From a virus, in IMG/VR virus record IMGVR_UViG_3300027891_000005, positions 10,400-74,399 of that record: 64,000 nt of DNA. The stretch is one strand, 5' to 3'. Below the pieces are notes generated by a model that was not told the origin of the DNA, searched no databases, and saw only the letters and a program-made list of their open reading frames with translations. Shown piece after piece: positions 9,929-19,144 of the stretch. Positions within the stretch are counted from its first letter, which is position 1; every line of letters begins with the position of its first letter. Position numbers and translations under genes: made by a program.

Positions 9929-11347
9929 TTACCCCTCGCACCGGACGCTCCGGTCGCAGGGGTCGCACCCCTCGCTGCCCATCTCGTCGTCCGTAATCTC
10001 TTCATCGACGCCGGCCATGTAACGGGCGTTAGCCTTAGACTCCTTTTTAATTTCGTTTATCTCTGCTTCATCCAAGTCAACGCCCAAATCGTTTCCCAGT
10101 TCTTCCTCGCGGTTCAGATATAAAATCAATTTGTTATAAATAAAATCAAAAAACTTTTTGTTTTTTTGGAGATAAACCCGGAACTCTTTGAGCCCGTTAA
10201 AGGCCAATTTATTCCCATGCTTATCTACCAAGGTTTTATTCTTGTCCGGGTAATATATCCAGGAGCCGCGTATCTCAACGAGCGGCTTCCATGTGCCTTT
10301 TGATACGATGAATACGTCCGGCATCTCGCGCTTAATAGCGGTAGCAAGGTCGGCATATATATTAATGCCTTTGCCGTATTCGGCGTAATATGTGCATTCC
10401 TTGAACGGGTGCCCTGTAGCCGCACGGTTCTTTGTTATCTTTGCGTGTATGGATATGACTTTCTTCGGGTCTACGCCGCTTTCTTTTTTGATGAATTCCC
10501 GCGTCAGGCGTATGCGCTGCCACGCCCAAAAACGAAGCGCACGGCCTCCGCCTGTGGTCGTTGAATTCCCATACATAGACCCTATATTGTCCCGCTCTTG
10601 GTTTGTGAAGATAACAGTTGTGCCGGTTTTGTCGCATAAAGCATTTGTTACCCGGAAAAACTTGCTTAACATCCTTGCCTGCACGGCAATGACAGACTCG
10701 CCCATGTCTTTGGACATTTCTTCTTTGGGGGTAAGGCCGGCAACAGAATTAATGCCGATAAGATCAAACACGCCGTTCGATATAGCCTCCCTAATCCTGT
10801 CAAGGACCCATTCGGCGCCTTTGTCTGGGTCGAACGGTATAAAATGAAAGCGGTCCTTGTCTATGCCATGTTTCTTTATGGCGTCGCCTAAATCAACGGA
10901 AAACTCCGTTTCAAGCCAGCCGGCAATAAAATTTGGGTCCTCTTTTTGAATCTTGCCTATCGTATTTAAAATAAGTTCAGTTTTCCCGGAATTTTCCGGG
11001 CCGTACAGCTCTATGACTTTGCCTTTTACGAACCCGCCGCAAAGATGTATGTTCAATTCCAATGACGGCGTAGGTATAAATGTCTTTTTTGTCTTCTCAA
11101 CGGCTTTTTGGCCGCTTATAATCGTTCCTTCGCCGAATTGCTCATTTATTTTTTTTTCGAACTCCAATACCCGCTGCTTCTTATTTTTGTCTATGGGCAT
11201 AACTTTGGCGCCTTCCAAAGGGATATTTTCAAAATCATAGTCGTCCAGGCCTGCCGGCATTGCTGTAGCGCCTTCGGCCTCCGGCGGCTTAGTTTTTTTC
11301 ACGGATGTTATGGCGTCAAGATTTTTTTTTGGCCTTCCCCGCTGCAT
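9929..11347 (-). CDS. recA: RecA-family recombinase with N- and C-terminal extensions
   Basis: GPENSGKT, QARMLSK, FTNQER, TTGGGRAL. Confidence 0.9.
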   Translation of the reverse strand: MQRGRPKKNLDAITSVKKTKPPEAEGATAMPAGLDDYDFENIPLEGAKVMPIDKNKKQRVLEFEKKINEQFGEGTIISGQKAVEKTKKTFIPTPSLELNIHLCGGFVKGKVIELYGPENSGKTELILNTIGKIQKEDPNFIAGWLETEFSVDLGDAIKKHGIDKDRFHFIPFDPDKGAEWVLDRIREAISNGVFDLIGINSVAGLTPKEEMSKDMGESVIAVQARMLSKFFRVTNALCDKTGTTVIFTNQERDNIGSMYGNSTTTGGGRALRFWAWQRIRLTREFIKKESGVDPKKVISIHAKITKNRAATGHPFKECTYYAEYGKGINIYADLATAIKREMPDVFIVSKGTWKPLVEIRGSWIYYPDKNKTLVDKHGNKLAFNGLKEFRVYLQKNKKFFDFIYNKLILYLNREEELGNDLGVDLDEAEINEIKKESKANARYMAGVDEEITDDEMGSEGCDPCDRSVRCEG

Positions 11348-11358
11348 ATTTGACACCC

Positions 11359-11514
11359 CTATTCTTCAAAGACCCCTGTTATTTCTGATGACGTGGCTTC
11401 ATCATAAAGATCGCAAAGGCTTAGTTTATCGAACTTAGCCCTTGCCTCGTCTTCATTTTTGGCTTTTATGGACACGCTGCCGATAATTTCAAAAGTGACA
11501 ATAAATTTTTTCAA
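11359..11514 (-). CDS. Small hypothetical protein
   Basis: KFIVTFEIIGSVSIKAKNEDEA pattern; TTG after CAGGAGG. Confidence 0.5.
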   Translation of the reverse strand: MKKFIVTFEIIGSVSIKAKNEDEARAKFDKLSLCDLYDEATSSEITGVFEE

Positions 11515-11518
11515 TAAA

Positions 11519-11683
11519 TCATGCCTCCTGGGCCATTTTCCTATATTCATTGGCTATCCCTTCAAGGATCCCCGCAGTGACTAGCTTGGCCTTTTTATCG
11601 TCAGGGACCGATTCCTTGACATTGAAATACAGGTATAAAACCGTGTCCCTGACTGCTTTTATATAGCCATTTTCTTGATCCAT
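11519..11683 (-). CDS. Small hypothetical protein
   Basis: ORF with GGGAG SD. Confidence 0.45.
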   Translation of the reverse strand: MDQENGYIKAVRDTVLYLYFNVKESVPDDKKAKLVTAGILEGIANEYRKMAQEA

Positions 11684-11940
11684 TTGATCACCGGCTCCCA
11701 TCTGTTGTGTATGGGGTCCCATTTAAAATCCCTATAAAAACGCTCAAGGTCAACGGACGCCCCTGTGTCATCCGCACGGCACGGCTGCCAATAATAATCC
11801 GTGCCACGCAGAAAAATTATTTTTGCGTAGTACCCCAGCTCCCGGCATTTTTCAACTGCCGAGGCCAAGCCGGCCGCACCGGTTGCTCCGGTCGCACCGG
11901 ACGCTCCGGCGGCAGAACATTCAAACGTATAGCCAGCCAT
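11659..11940 (-). CDS. Hypothetical protein with a GA-rich repeat
   Basis: GGAGG SD; AGASGATGATGAAG encoded by GC-rich repeats. Confidence 0.5.
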   Translation of the reverse strand: MAGYTFECSAAGASGATGATGAAGLASAVEKCRELGYYAKIIFLRGTDYYWQPCRADDTGASVDLERFYRDFKWDPIHNRWEPVIKWIKKMAI

Positions 11941-12051
11941 TCAAAAAACCTCCGACATGACATCCCGGAGGTATATATATACCTCCGGCTCGGGTATCGA
12001 GAACATATGTTCGAGTCGTAATCATTCCTTTATATTACTGATGTTTTGCTC

Positions 12052-12804
12052 CTAAAAAGGCAGATCGTCATCGTCCGAATCATCGCTGTCTTCGTCATAG
12101 TCCTTTTTACGCCTGGTTGACGGCTTAGCCGCAGTTTTAGTGGCTGTACGGCCGCTTGTGCGGGAAGATCCTGTTTTGCCGCTTGAGCTGCGCGCTGCTT
12201 TTGAATTCTTCTTTGGCGGCTCATCTTCTTCGTCCTCATCGTCGCTTAATTCGTCATCGGGAAGATCATCAAAGTCGTCTTCTTCGTAATCTTCGTCCTT
12301 TGCCTTGCGGCGGGAACCGTTGCTTGTCTTGGATGAATTTGAAGAACCATTGCTCGTCTTAGATGAATTTGAAGAACCGTTGTTAGATTTTGCCCGCTTG
12401 CGCCTCGACGACGTACGCTCTTCCTCCTCATCTCCGTCTTCGTCATTACCGTTGCCGTTAGGCTTGCCGAATCCAAAGCCCCACGCGACAACCTCAAAGT
12501 TATGGAACCATTGATCATCGCCGTTCTTGTCTTCGTATTTATATGGCGCATAGGTACATTGGACGGTTATCCCGTCGCCTTTATGCATGTTGTCCATAAA
12601 TGCGTCAATGGCGGCTTCCGAATTGCTTAGGTAACTGCAATTAACATAAGTGGCCTCTTCCTTGTTTGGGTTGTTACTGCGCACGGCAATGGAAAAAGTA
12701 ATTTTTTCGAACTCGTTCTTTTTGCTGCCGACGGTTTTGACATCCGGGTCTTTCGTAAGCCTGCCGGAAAATACACAGACATTATCCGCGTTCGCATATG
12801 CCAT
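12052..12804 (-). CDS. ssb: Single-stranded DNA-binding protein with a long disordered linker
   Basis: FSGRLTKDP OB-fold start, FSIAV, acidic tail ending DDDDLPF. Confidence 0.88.
   Translation of the reverse strand: MAYANADNVCVFSGRLTKDPDVKTVGSKKNEFEKITFSIAVRSNNPNKEEATYVNCSYLSNSEAAIDAFMDNMHKGDGITVQCTYAPYKYEDKNGDDQWFHNFEVVAWGFGFGKPNGNGNDEDGDEEEERTSSRRKRAKSNNGSSNSSKTSNGSSNSSKTSNGSRRKAKDEDYEEDDFDDLPDDELSDDEDEEDEPPKKNSKAARSSSGKTGSSRTSGRTATKTAAKPSTRRKKDYDEDSDDSDDDDLPF
12320..12385. repeat. 30-nt tandem coding repeat in the SSB linker
   Basis: GATGAATTTGAAGAACC repeated with 30-nt period (SNGSSNSSKT x2). Confidence 0.8.
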
Positions 12805-12868
12805 ATTGACTATCCCTTTCATCTTAAAATGAGAGCATACCCTTATAAAGATATACTCAATAAAACTT

Positions 12869-12883
12869 TAAGGCTTTGCCTTA
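12869..12883 (-). promoter_or_regulatory. Hairpin motif A, compensatory variant
   Basis: TAAGGC AAA GCCTTA upstream of ssb. Confidence 0.55.
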
Positions 12884-13369
12884 ACCTTCGTCTGCCAGGC
12901 TGTCGATGACGCCTTCCCTTTGCCGTTCGATATCTATATAGAAACTATTTGAAAAAGGAACCGTTTCAGGTTCCTCATACCTTAGAAGCGCGATGGTAAA
13001 CGCCTCGGCCATGCAGTTAACGATTAAGAACAAATCATTAACCTGAAGGTCTTTTAGGGCTGCAAATGACATGATTTGATCAAAAATATATTTAAACGTT
13101 TCGGCCATCCCTAATGTGAGGTCAATCTCATCGGCCGGCGTGGCTTCAATATTGCCGATATAATAGACAATTGCTTTTGAAACGGTTTTCAAAATAACCA
13201 GCGCATGGATAGGCTTAATTTTGTTTTTGACAAAAATATCGGCCAGGTTTAGATACAGCGCCTTGAATTTTTTTAACTCCCGGTTTAACTCTTTTTGAAA
13301 ACTTATATTCGATATTTCGTCTATAGACTTTTCTTTGCGTGCGGCTTCCCTTATCGGTATAAATTCCAT
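12881..13369 (-). CDS. Hypothetical helical protein
   Basis: ORF between dnaE and ssb. Confidence 0.6.
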   Translation of the reverse strand: MEFIPIREAARKEKSIDEISNISFQKELNRELKKFKALYLNLADIFVKNKIKPIHALVILKTVSKAIVYYIGNIEATPADEIDLTLGMAETFKYIFDQIMSFAALKDLQVNDLFLIVNCMAEAFTIALLRYEEPETVPFSNSFYIDIERQREGVIDSLADEG

Positions 13370-13425
13370 TTTTAAAAACACCTACTCCTGAGGGCAATCA
13401 CCCTGGCAAATTCTGCCTTTGCTTA

Positions 13426-16400
13426 TTATCCTAGATCCACCAACGGGGGTATGAACTCTTTAGCGTCCTGATAAGGGCTCTTTTTCTTGGGAAGGATTTT
13501 AGAGCATTTGATATTGTTGAATTCTTTATTGACCTCGCCATGGACGATAATAACTTTGCCCACTCGGGCAATATCGCCGTCAAATGCCTTGTCCCTAAAA
13601 GCGGTAAAATTCTTCCCAAAGAGCATAACGTTAAAATTGTCGCCAAATTTATCTTCAATCGTTATCTTGGCGAAATCATTATTGTTTTTTGCCTTGCTTA
13701 TAGCGCCTGCCAAAATAATGCCGGAAGTCTCTATATATTCCCCGTCTTCTGCTTCGCCGAACGAAGTGTATGGGTAATTGTCGAGCGTTGTGTCCGATAT
13801 ACACATCCCCATATATTTCTTTTCCAAATTGATTTTGATCTTTGGGTCCGTTTCATAAACCTTAATGCCCGTATACGGCATAATTGCAGCCTTTGATTTT
13901 GAATTTTTTTGATAAAGGCCGATCATCAGCCTATTAAACAAAACGTACCTGTTTTTATCATAAGAATCGAAGGCCCCGGACAATACGAGGGCTTCAAACA
14001 CAGTTTTATTTACGGCATTGCTCTTTAGATTTAACTGGTCTTTTAGCTCCGCCTTTGTAACGGATTTGATTTTTTTATAAAAATCCTCAATAGACAAAAA
14101 CAGGCCTTTGGTGTCCCGGACGTATTTTATTATTGCTACGGCATTCGCGCCTACGCCCTTTATATTTGACAGGCCGAAGCGCAGCCTTTTATTGCTGTCA
14201 GTGTCTATATCAATAGAAAAATATGTTTCTGATTTATTGATGTCGGGGCCAAGGATCTCAATGTCCAGCCTTTTGCATTCCATCAGCGTCTCTTTGACGA
14301 GGTCGTCGTTGTCATGGGTCGTGAGGCAACTGAGCGCCCACTCGACAGGGAAATACGTCTTCGCCCACATAGTCTTATAGCCGATGTCCGCATAAGCCGA
14401 GGAATGTGCCTTATTGAAGCTGTATTTAGCGAACTCGGACATGTTCGCAAACAAATGGGCGACCATCTTTTTGTTGTACCCGCGGTTAATGGCCCCTTCA
14501 CAGTACGGGGAATTTTCTTTTGATATGCCGATGACCTTAGGCACGTCTTGCGGGTTGTTTATGTCTATTTTTGAATAGACCGACTGTTTGCCGTAAATAA
14601 ATTCATTTTTGATTTCAGGTATTTTATCCAAAAGTTTTTTGCCGAGTACCTTCCTTATCCGGGAGTCGGCGGTGCCCATCGTATAGCCGGCAAGCACCCT
14701 CGATATATTCATCAATTGCTCCTGGTACCAGAGCGTCCCATATGTTTCCGCCAGTATCTTGTCCACGTCCGGATGTATCCTGTTTACCTCGCCGCCTTCT
14801 TTGGCGATCAAATATAGATCCATCATGGATTTGTTCGTTACCTTGTCTACCGACAAGGGGCCGGGCCGGTTGCCCGCTATAAAAGCGCCTATGTCATCGA
14901 AGCAGTTTATCTTAAATTTCTTAAGCAGCCGCTTAGCCGAATTCGTGCAAAGCTGGAAGCCGTCGGTGACATGGCCTTTATTGATGGTTTCATAAACTTT
15001 TTTGTCGCTAAAGTCCTCCGACTCGTACCACTCCATGTCAAGGCCGGTAATGTTCATAAATTCTTCCAGGGCAGACAAGGTCCTAAGCCCCAATAGGTCT
15101 ATCTTAAGGAGGTTAAAAAGCGTCGCGCCGGCCATATTATACGTCACGACCGGCAATACTGACGAACCGACCGCCCGTGCGAGCGGCACATAGCTTTCCA
15201 GATCTTCGCCCGATATAATCACGGCCCCGGCGTGGAGCCCTATGCCGGTTATGCAGCCCCTTATGCCGTCCATCCCGTCTTTGGCGTACGGGTATTTAGC
15301 GTAAAAATCCTGTAGCCTTTGGTACTGCTTCTCAATGTTTTGCCATTTGGTTTCCCCGAGCGTGTCAACCCAGTTGTCCTTGTCGTTAAACAGGATCTCC
15401 TCGAACAGCTCCGGGGTCAATGGCTGCTGCTCCACTTGAGACGCAAGGCTCCTTGTAAGTTCGTTCGTCTCTTGGAACGTGTCTGTGCCATGGAGGGAGT
15501 CATAGGCGCGCATAATAGCCTTTAAGCCGTTCTTGACGCCTATATACGTGAAGTTTTCCAATTGGACCACACGGATGCCGGTAGGCAGCTCGTATCGCGT
15601 TTTTTTGACCTCTTCGGCCACGGAGTTGTATTCCAGCGCGAGGTATTCGATCATTTCGGGCCGGCGCAGCTTCGCCACGTCGATGTCTATGTCGGGGAAC
15701 TCTTCGCGGCTGCGGTTAATGAACCGTTCAAAGACAAGCTTGTTTTTTATTGGGTCTATGGCAGTTATCCCGTTCGCGTACGACACGATGCTGCCGGCCG
15801 CCGAGCCGCGGCCGGGGCCTGTCAGCACCCCCCTGTTTTTTGCCTCCCGTACGAGATCCGCAAGGATCAGGAAATAGCCGGAGAACCCTTTTGGTATGAT
15901 GTTCTGGTTTAGCTCATAATCGGCCTGTTTTAAATAGCGTTTCTGATCCCTAGCTTTTTTTATCCCTTGTTCTTCAAATTTCCGCAAAAGCCCCTTCTTA
16001 GTCTCTTTCGTTAAAAATGTGTCTTCCGTGTACCCGTCCGGGACACGGAAGGACGGGAAGAAGAAATTCTTGTCCTCCTGGACATAGCTGATTTCGCCTA
16101 TGCTGCCGTAAAGCGACCTGGTGTTTTGGATAAGCGTATCCGAGGGCAGCTTATATTTCCGGCAATAAGACCTTACATTGCGTTCCGACATTATATAGTT
16201 GGTCTCAATCGTATAAGGGCTGCGCCCGGCGGCGAGGAGCAGGATATCGTGGTACATCTTGTCCTTCTTTTTGATATAGTGCGCGTCGGAAGTGATAATG
16301 CATTTTGTATTTGTTGCCCACCCCAACTGTATAAGCTTTTGGTTCACTACGAGCTGGGTGGGGTCTTCCGATATTTGAAGCTCCAAATAGAAATCAGCCA

Positions 16401-16959
16401 AACATTCTTTAAAGCGGTAGGTTGTTTCTTGGGCGGCCTTCATATAGCCGTCTTGAATAAATTTCGGGATTACGCCGCCAATACACGCAGAGCTTCCTAT
16501 GATATTTTTGCCGTATTTCTCAAGCATGGCAAAATCGGTACGCTCATAATATTTGGACGACTTATGGACGTTCATTTTATTTAGCCCGGCGTCAGACATT
16601 AAACGCACAAAATCATGGTACCCGCGCTGGTCTTTTGGGATCAGGATCAAATGGTACGTGTCCGGGTTATCTTTTAAAAGCCGGTCCCCGGGTGTGAAAT
16701 AAAATTCACACCCGATTTTAAAAGGCACGCCGGCTTTCTTCGACTCCGTGATAAGCTCGGGCAATGCCCGGATGTTTCCGTGGTCCGTCACGATGACCCC
16801 GGCCTGGGCGCTTTCTTTGATTGCCTGGAACAACTGCGGGGGTTTTATGATCGCGTCATTAACCGAGTAAATAGTATGTAGGTGGCAATGTACGAACTCT
16901 TCCTGCTTTATGTCCGGAGAGTTGTCCGTATACTTGCCTCCTTGCCCTGTACCGGACAT
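13426..16959 (-). CDS. dnaE: DNA polymerase III alpha subunit
   Basis: PHP motif HLHTIYS..D, GPGRGSAAGS, PDIDID, KIDLLGL, FNKAHS, C-terminal OB fold. Confidence 0.95.
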   Translation of the reverse strand: MSGTGQGGKYTDNSPDIKQEEFVHCHLHTIYSVNDAIIKPPQLFQAIKESAQAGVIVTDHGNIRALPELITESKKAGVPFKIGCEFYFTPGDRLLKDNPDTYHLILIPKDQRGYHDFVRLMSDAGLNKMNVHKSSKYYERTDFAMLEKYGKNIIGSSACIGGVIPKFIQDGYMKAAQETTYRFKECLADFYLELQISEDPTQLVVNQKLIQLGWATNTKCIITSDAHYIKKKDKMYHDILLLAAGRSPYTIETNYIMSERNVRSYCRKYKLPSDTLIQNTRSLYGSIGEISYVQEDKNFFFPSFRVPDGYTEDTFLTKETKKGLLRKFEEQGIKKARDQKRYLKQADYELNQNIIPKGFSGYFLILADLVREAKNRGVLTGPGRGSAAGSIVSYANGITAIDPIKNKLVFERFINRSREEFPDIDIDVAKLRRPEMIEYLALEYNSVAEEVKKTRYELPTGIRVVQLENFTYIGVKNGLKAIMRAYDSLHGTDTFQETNELTRSLASQVEQQPLTPELFEEILFNDKDNWVDTLGETKWQNIEKQYQRLQDFYAKYPYAKDGMDGIRGCITGIGLHAGAVIISGEDLESYVPLARAVGSSVLPVVTYNMAGATLFNLLKIDLLGLRTLSALEEFMNITGLDMEWYESEDFSDKKVYETINKGHVTDGFQLCTNSAKRLLKKFKINCFDDIGAFIAGNRPGPLSVDKVTNKSMMDLYLIAKEGGEVNRIHPDVDKILAETYGTLWYQEQLMNISRVLAGYTMGTADSRIRKVLGKKLLDKIPEIKNEFIYGKQSVYSKIDINNPQDVPKVIGISKENSPYCEGAINRGYNKKMVAHLFANMSEFAKYSFNKAHSSAYADIGYKTMWAKTYFPVEWALSCLTTHDNDDLVKETLMECKRLDIEILGPDINKSETYFSIDIDTDSNKRLRFGLSNIKGVGANAVAIIKYVRDTKGLFLSIEDFYKKIKSVTKAELKDQLNLKSNAVNKTVFEALVLSGAFDSYDKNRYVLFNRLMIGLYQKNSKSKAAIMPYTGIKVYETDPKIKINLEKKYMGMCISDTTLDNYPYTSFGEAEDGEYIETSGIILAGAISKAKNNNDFAKITIEDKFGDNFNVMLFGKNFTAFRDKAFDGDIARVGKVIIVHGEVNKEFNNIKCSKILPKKKSPYQDAKEFIPPLVDLG

Positions 16960-17118
16960 AATATAGCACCTCCCTGCCTATCGCCCTTATAAGCTTCAAG
17001 AGCGCAGCTACGACGCGCTGTATGACATGGTACTTATGGATTAGCGCGATTAGCTTCAGAATTAGCTTCTCTGCCGTCTCAATAATGTTTATCACCCCCT
17101 TTCATGAGGGGATTTATT

Positions 17119-17400
17119 TCACAATACAGTAACCTCGCCGCTTACTCTTATGAGTAGCGTATTCTCGTTGCTGCACCCGACGATTCTGAAATCAACATTG
17201 GACAGATGGCCTTCGCTGATAAGCCTCTCTTCAAGCAAATCAAGAAATTTCTCACGGTCGTTATCAATTAACTCACCTAATTCTATTTCAAGCACGCCGG
17301 ATATGTAGGTCTCTTCACCAGGATCAAATTCTAAGTTTGCGACATCGCATGGCTTATCTTGGATTTTTAAGCCAAAACCCGTAAACGTATAGTTTTTCAT
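17119..17400 (-). CDS. Hypothetical protein
   Basis: ORF with GAGGAG SD. Confidence 0.6.
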   Translation of the reverse strand: MKNYTFTGFGLKIQDKPCDVANLEFDPGEETYISGVLEIELGELIDNDREKFLDLLEERLISEGHLSNVDFRIVGCSNENTLLIRVSGEVTVL

Positions 17401-17404
17401 TAAT

Positions 17405-18064
17405 TTACTCCTCAATTACGCATAAAATATCGCGCTGGTTTAATATGATAAAATCCTCCGGTTCGCTGTCCATATTGACCCGGATAGGGGTGCCGGCGAA
17501 CCGCACGAATAAAACTGACTGGCCTGTCTTATATATCATTGGGGTAAAGCTGCCGTTCTCTAAACAAATACCCTGCCCTGCGGCGCATACGGCGCCCTGG
17601 AACTTAGTTTCTGCGCTCTTTTTCGGGATCATGATCCCGGAGGCAGTCTTTGTTTCGGGCTCGTAGCGCCTCACTATATACCGCTCCCCTAAAGGGACGA
17701 CATAAGTTTTGTTATCATCCGTAAGTTTTACGATAGCGAGGAGATCCCGCTGGTTCACCATCAAGAATGTCTCATCTTTTTTACCATTCTTCGGACAATC
17801 GTCCGCTGTTAAGCCTACCGGCGTCCCGGAGAACTTTGTGAACAGCACGGTATCCCCTATTTCGCAAAACATTGGCGCACGGGTATTGTCCGGACGATTG
17901 TCCGCGGACGATTGTCCGGTGAGCAGCGCGCCTTCCCCTTTGCTTATGACCACGCCCTGCATCCGCTCATCCTGCGCGGCCGACGGTATAAACACCCCGC
18001 CTTTCGAGCCTTCTTTGATATACTGCTTGATTAAATATCGTTCGCCAGTAACCCTGATTTTCAA
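17405..18064 (-). CDS. groES: Tandem GroES/Cpn10 two-domain co-chaperonin (Cpn20-like)
   Basis: Two GroES domains: TGERYLIK..GGVFIP..GVVISKGEG..GDTVLFTKFSGT and PLGERYIVR..ASGIMIP..GQSVLFVRFAGT..ILNQRDILCVIE. Confidence 0.85.
   Translation of the reverse strand: MKIRVTGERYLIKQYIKEGSKGGVFIPSAAQDERMQGVVISKGEGALLTGQSSADNRPDNTRAPMFCEIGDTVLFTKFSGTPVGLTADDCPKNGKKDETFLMVNQRDLLAIVKLTDDNKTYVVPLGERYIVRRYEPETKTASGIMIPKKSAETKFQGAVCAAGQGICLENGSFTPMIYKTGQSVLFVRFAGTPIRVNMDSEPEDFIILNQRDILCVIEE
17793..17917. repeat. Three copies of the palindrome GGACRATYGTCC within tandem groES
   Basis: Exact copies at 17793, 17892 and 17906. Confidence 0.8.
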
Positions 18065-18166
18065 AAAACAAAACCGCCCTTCGAATAAATAAATTAAAAA
18101 AAGCTAAACAGTTATATACCGTCCAGCTTCTTAATTATTTATGTAAGTACGGTTTTGATCTAAATC

Positions 18167-18913
18167 TTAAAAATCGTCGTCGTCGCCGAAATCCTCGGCC
18201 CTGTCGTCGTCGTCCTCGGCAAAGTCGCCATCGAATTCGCCCATGTCGTCGTCCGCGTCTATAATGTCGCTGTCCTCTTCTACGCCATCGTCCTCATCAG
18301 GCGGCTCTTGTTTTGCGGGCTTGCCGTTTTTACTTTGTTCTTTTTTTTTTGTTGACGCTTTAGGTTTCGGCGGGGGCGGGCTGTCGTCGTCATCGTCGCT
18401 AAATAACTCGCCGTCATCCGCGGGCTTCGTTTCTTTCTTCAGCGGGCGGCCGGGCCCTTTCTTTCCTACGGGCTGCTCTTTTACTTCGTCTTCAAAATCG
18501 TCGGGATCCGGGTAGTCATCCGTGGCCGTTTCCTGTTTCGCCGCGGGCCGGGCGTTGTTTACGGGCTTCTTGGGCGCCTCGGCCGAAGGCTTTTTACTGT
18601 TTGGCTTTGCCGGCTGCGCGTCTTCCTTACTGGCGCCGGCGGCCTCTTCATCCGGCCCTTCCGCAACAGGCGCTTCGCCAAGGATGATTTTTATAAGATC
18701 CTCTTTCCTCATCCTGTCCAAGGCCCTCTTGTCATACAGCATGTCCTCGGTAAGCTGGCGGCCGTTCTCGGCGTCGGCAATTATCCTTACGGTATAATTA
18801 TCGGATTGCGTGCCTTCTATAACTTCGGGTTCGTCGCCGGACCAGTCAACGATGGCTTCGTATACGATCTCGGCTTTAAACCTTTTGCTAAAATTATACG
18901 GGCTTAATTTCAT
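18167..18913 (-). CDS. Protein with a folded N-terminus and a long acidic/Lys-Pro disordered tail
   Basis: D/E/K/P-rich C-terminal two-thirds; AAGGAGG SD. Confidence 0.7.
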   Translation of the reverse strand: MKLSPYNFSKRFKAEIVYEAIVDWSGDEPEVIEGTQSDNYTVRIIADAENGRQLTEDMLYDKRALDRMRKEDLIKIILGEAPVAEGPDEEAAGASKEDAQPAKPNSKKPSAEAPKKPVNNARPAAKQETATDDYPDPDDFEDEVKEQPVGKKGPGRPLKKETKPADDGELFSDDDDDSPPPPKPKASTKKKEQSKNGKPAKQEPPDEDDGVEEDSDIIDADDDMGEFDGDFAEDDDDRAEDFGDDDDF

Positions 18914-18955
18914 CTAATTAACCTCCTTGATAAATTCTTTACATATATATACTAG

Positions 18956-18968
18956 AGGGCTTTGCCCT
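18956..18968 (-). promoter_or_regulatory. Hairpin motif A, compensatory variant
   Basis: AGGGC AAA GCCCT, 43 nt upstream of ATG 18913. Confidence 0.55.
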
Positions 18969-19144
18969 GAGGTTTTTTATTCCGGTTCATTTTTCCTTAA
19001 AAATTTAATTTAAAGTTTCTCTTAAATTATCTTCGCCCACTACCCCTATGCCTAAAATATTTCCGAAGCCGCCAGGGCAATAATATATCATTAAAAATAT
19101 ATAATTTAAATACATCCTAATAAATAAGGGGCATAGCGTTTTTT

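Noticed and set aside
12320-12385. Repeat in ssb as CRISPR or DGR
   Set aside because: It is an in-frame coding duplication in a disordered linker
16859-17095. 78-aa ORF upstream of dnaE with a strong SD and possible ATT start
   Set aside because: It overlaps dnaE by ~100 nt and has no recognisable motif; too uncertain to call
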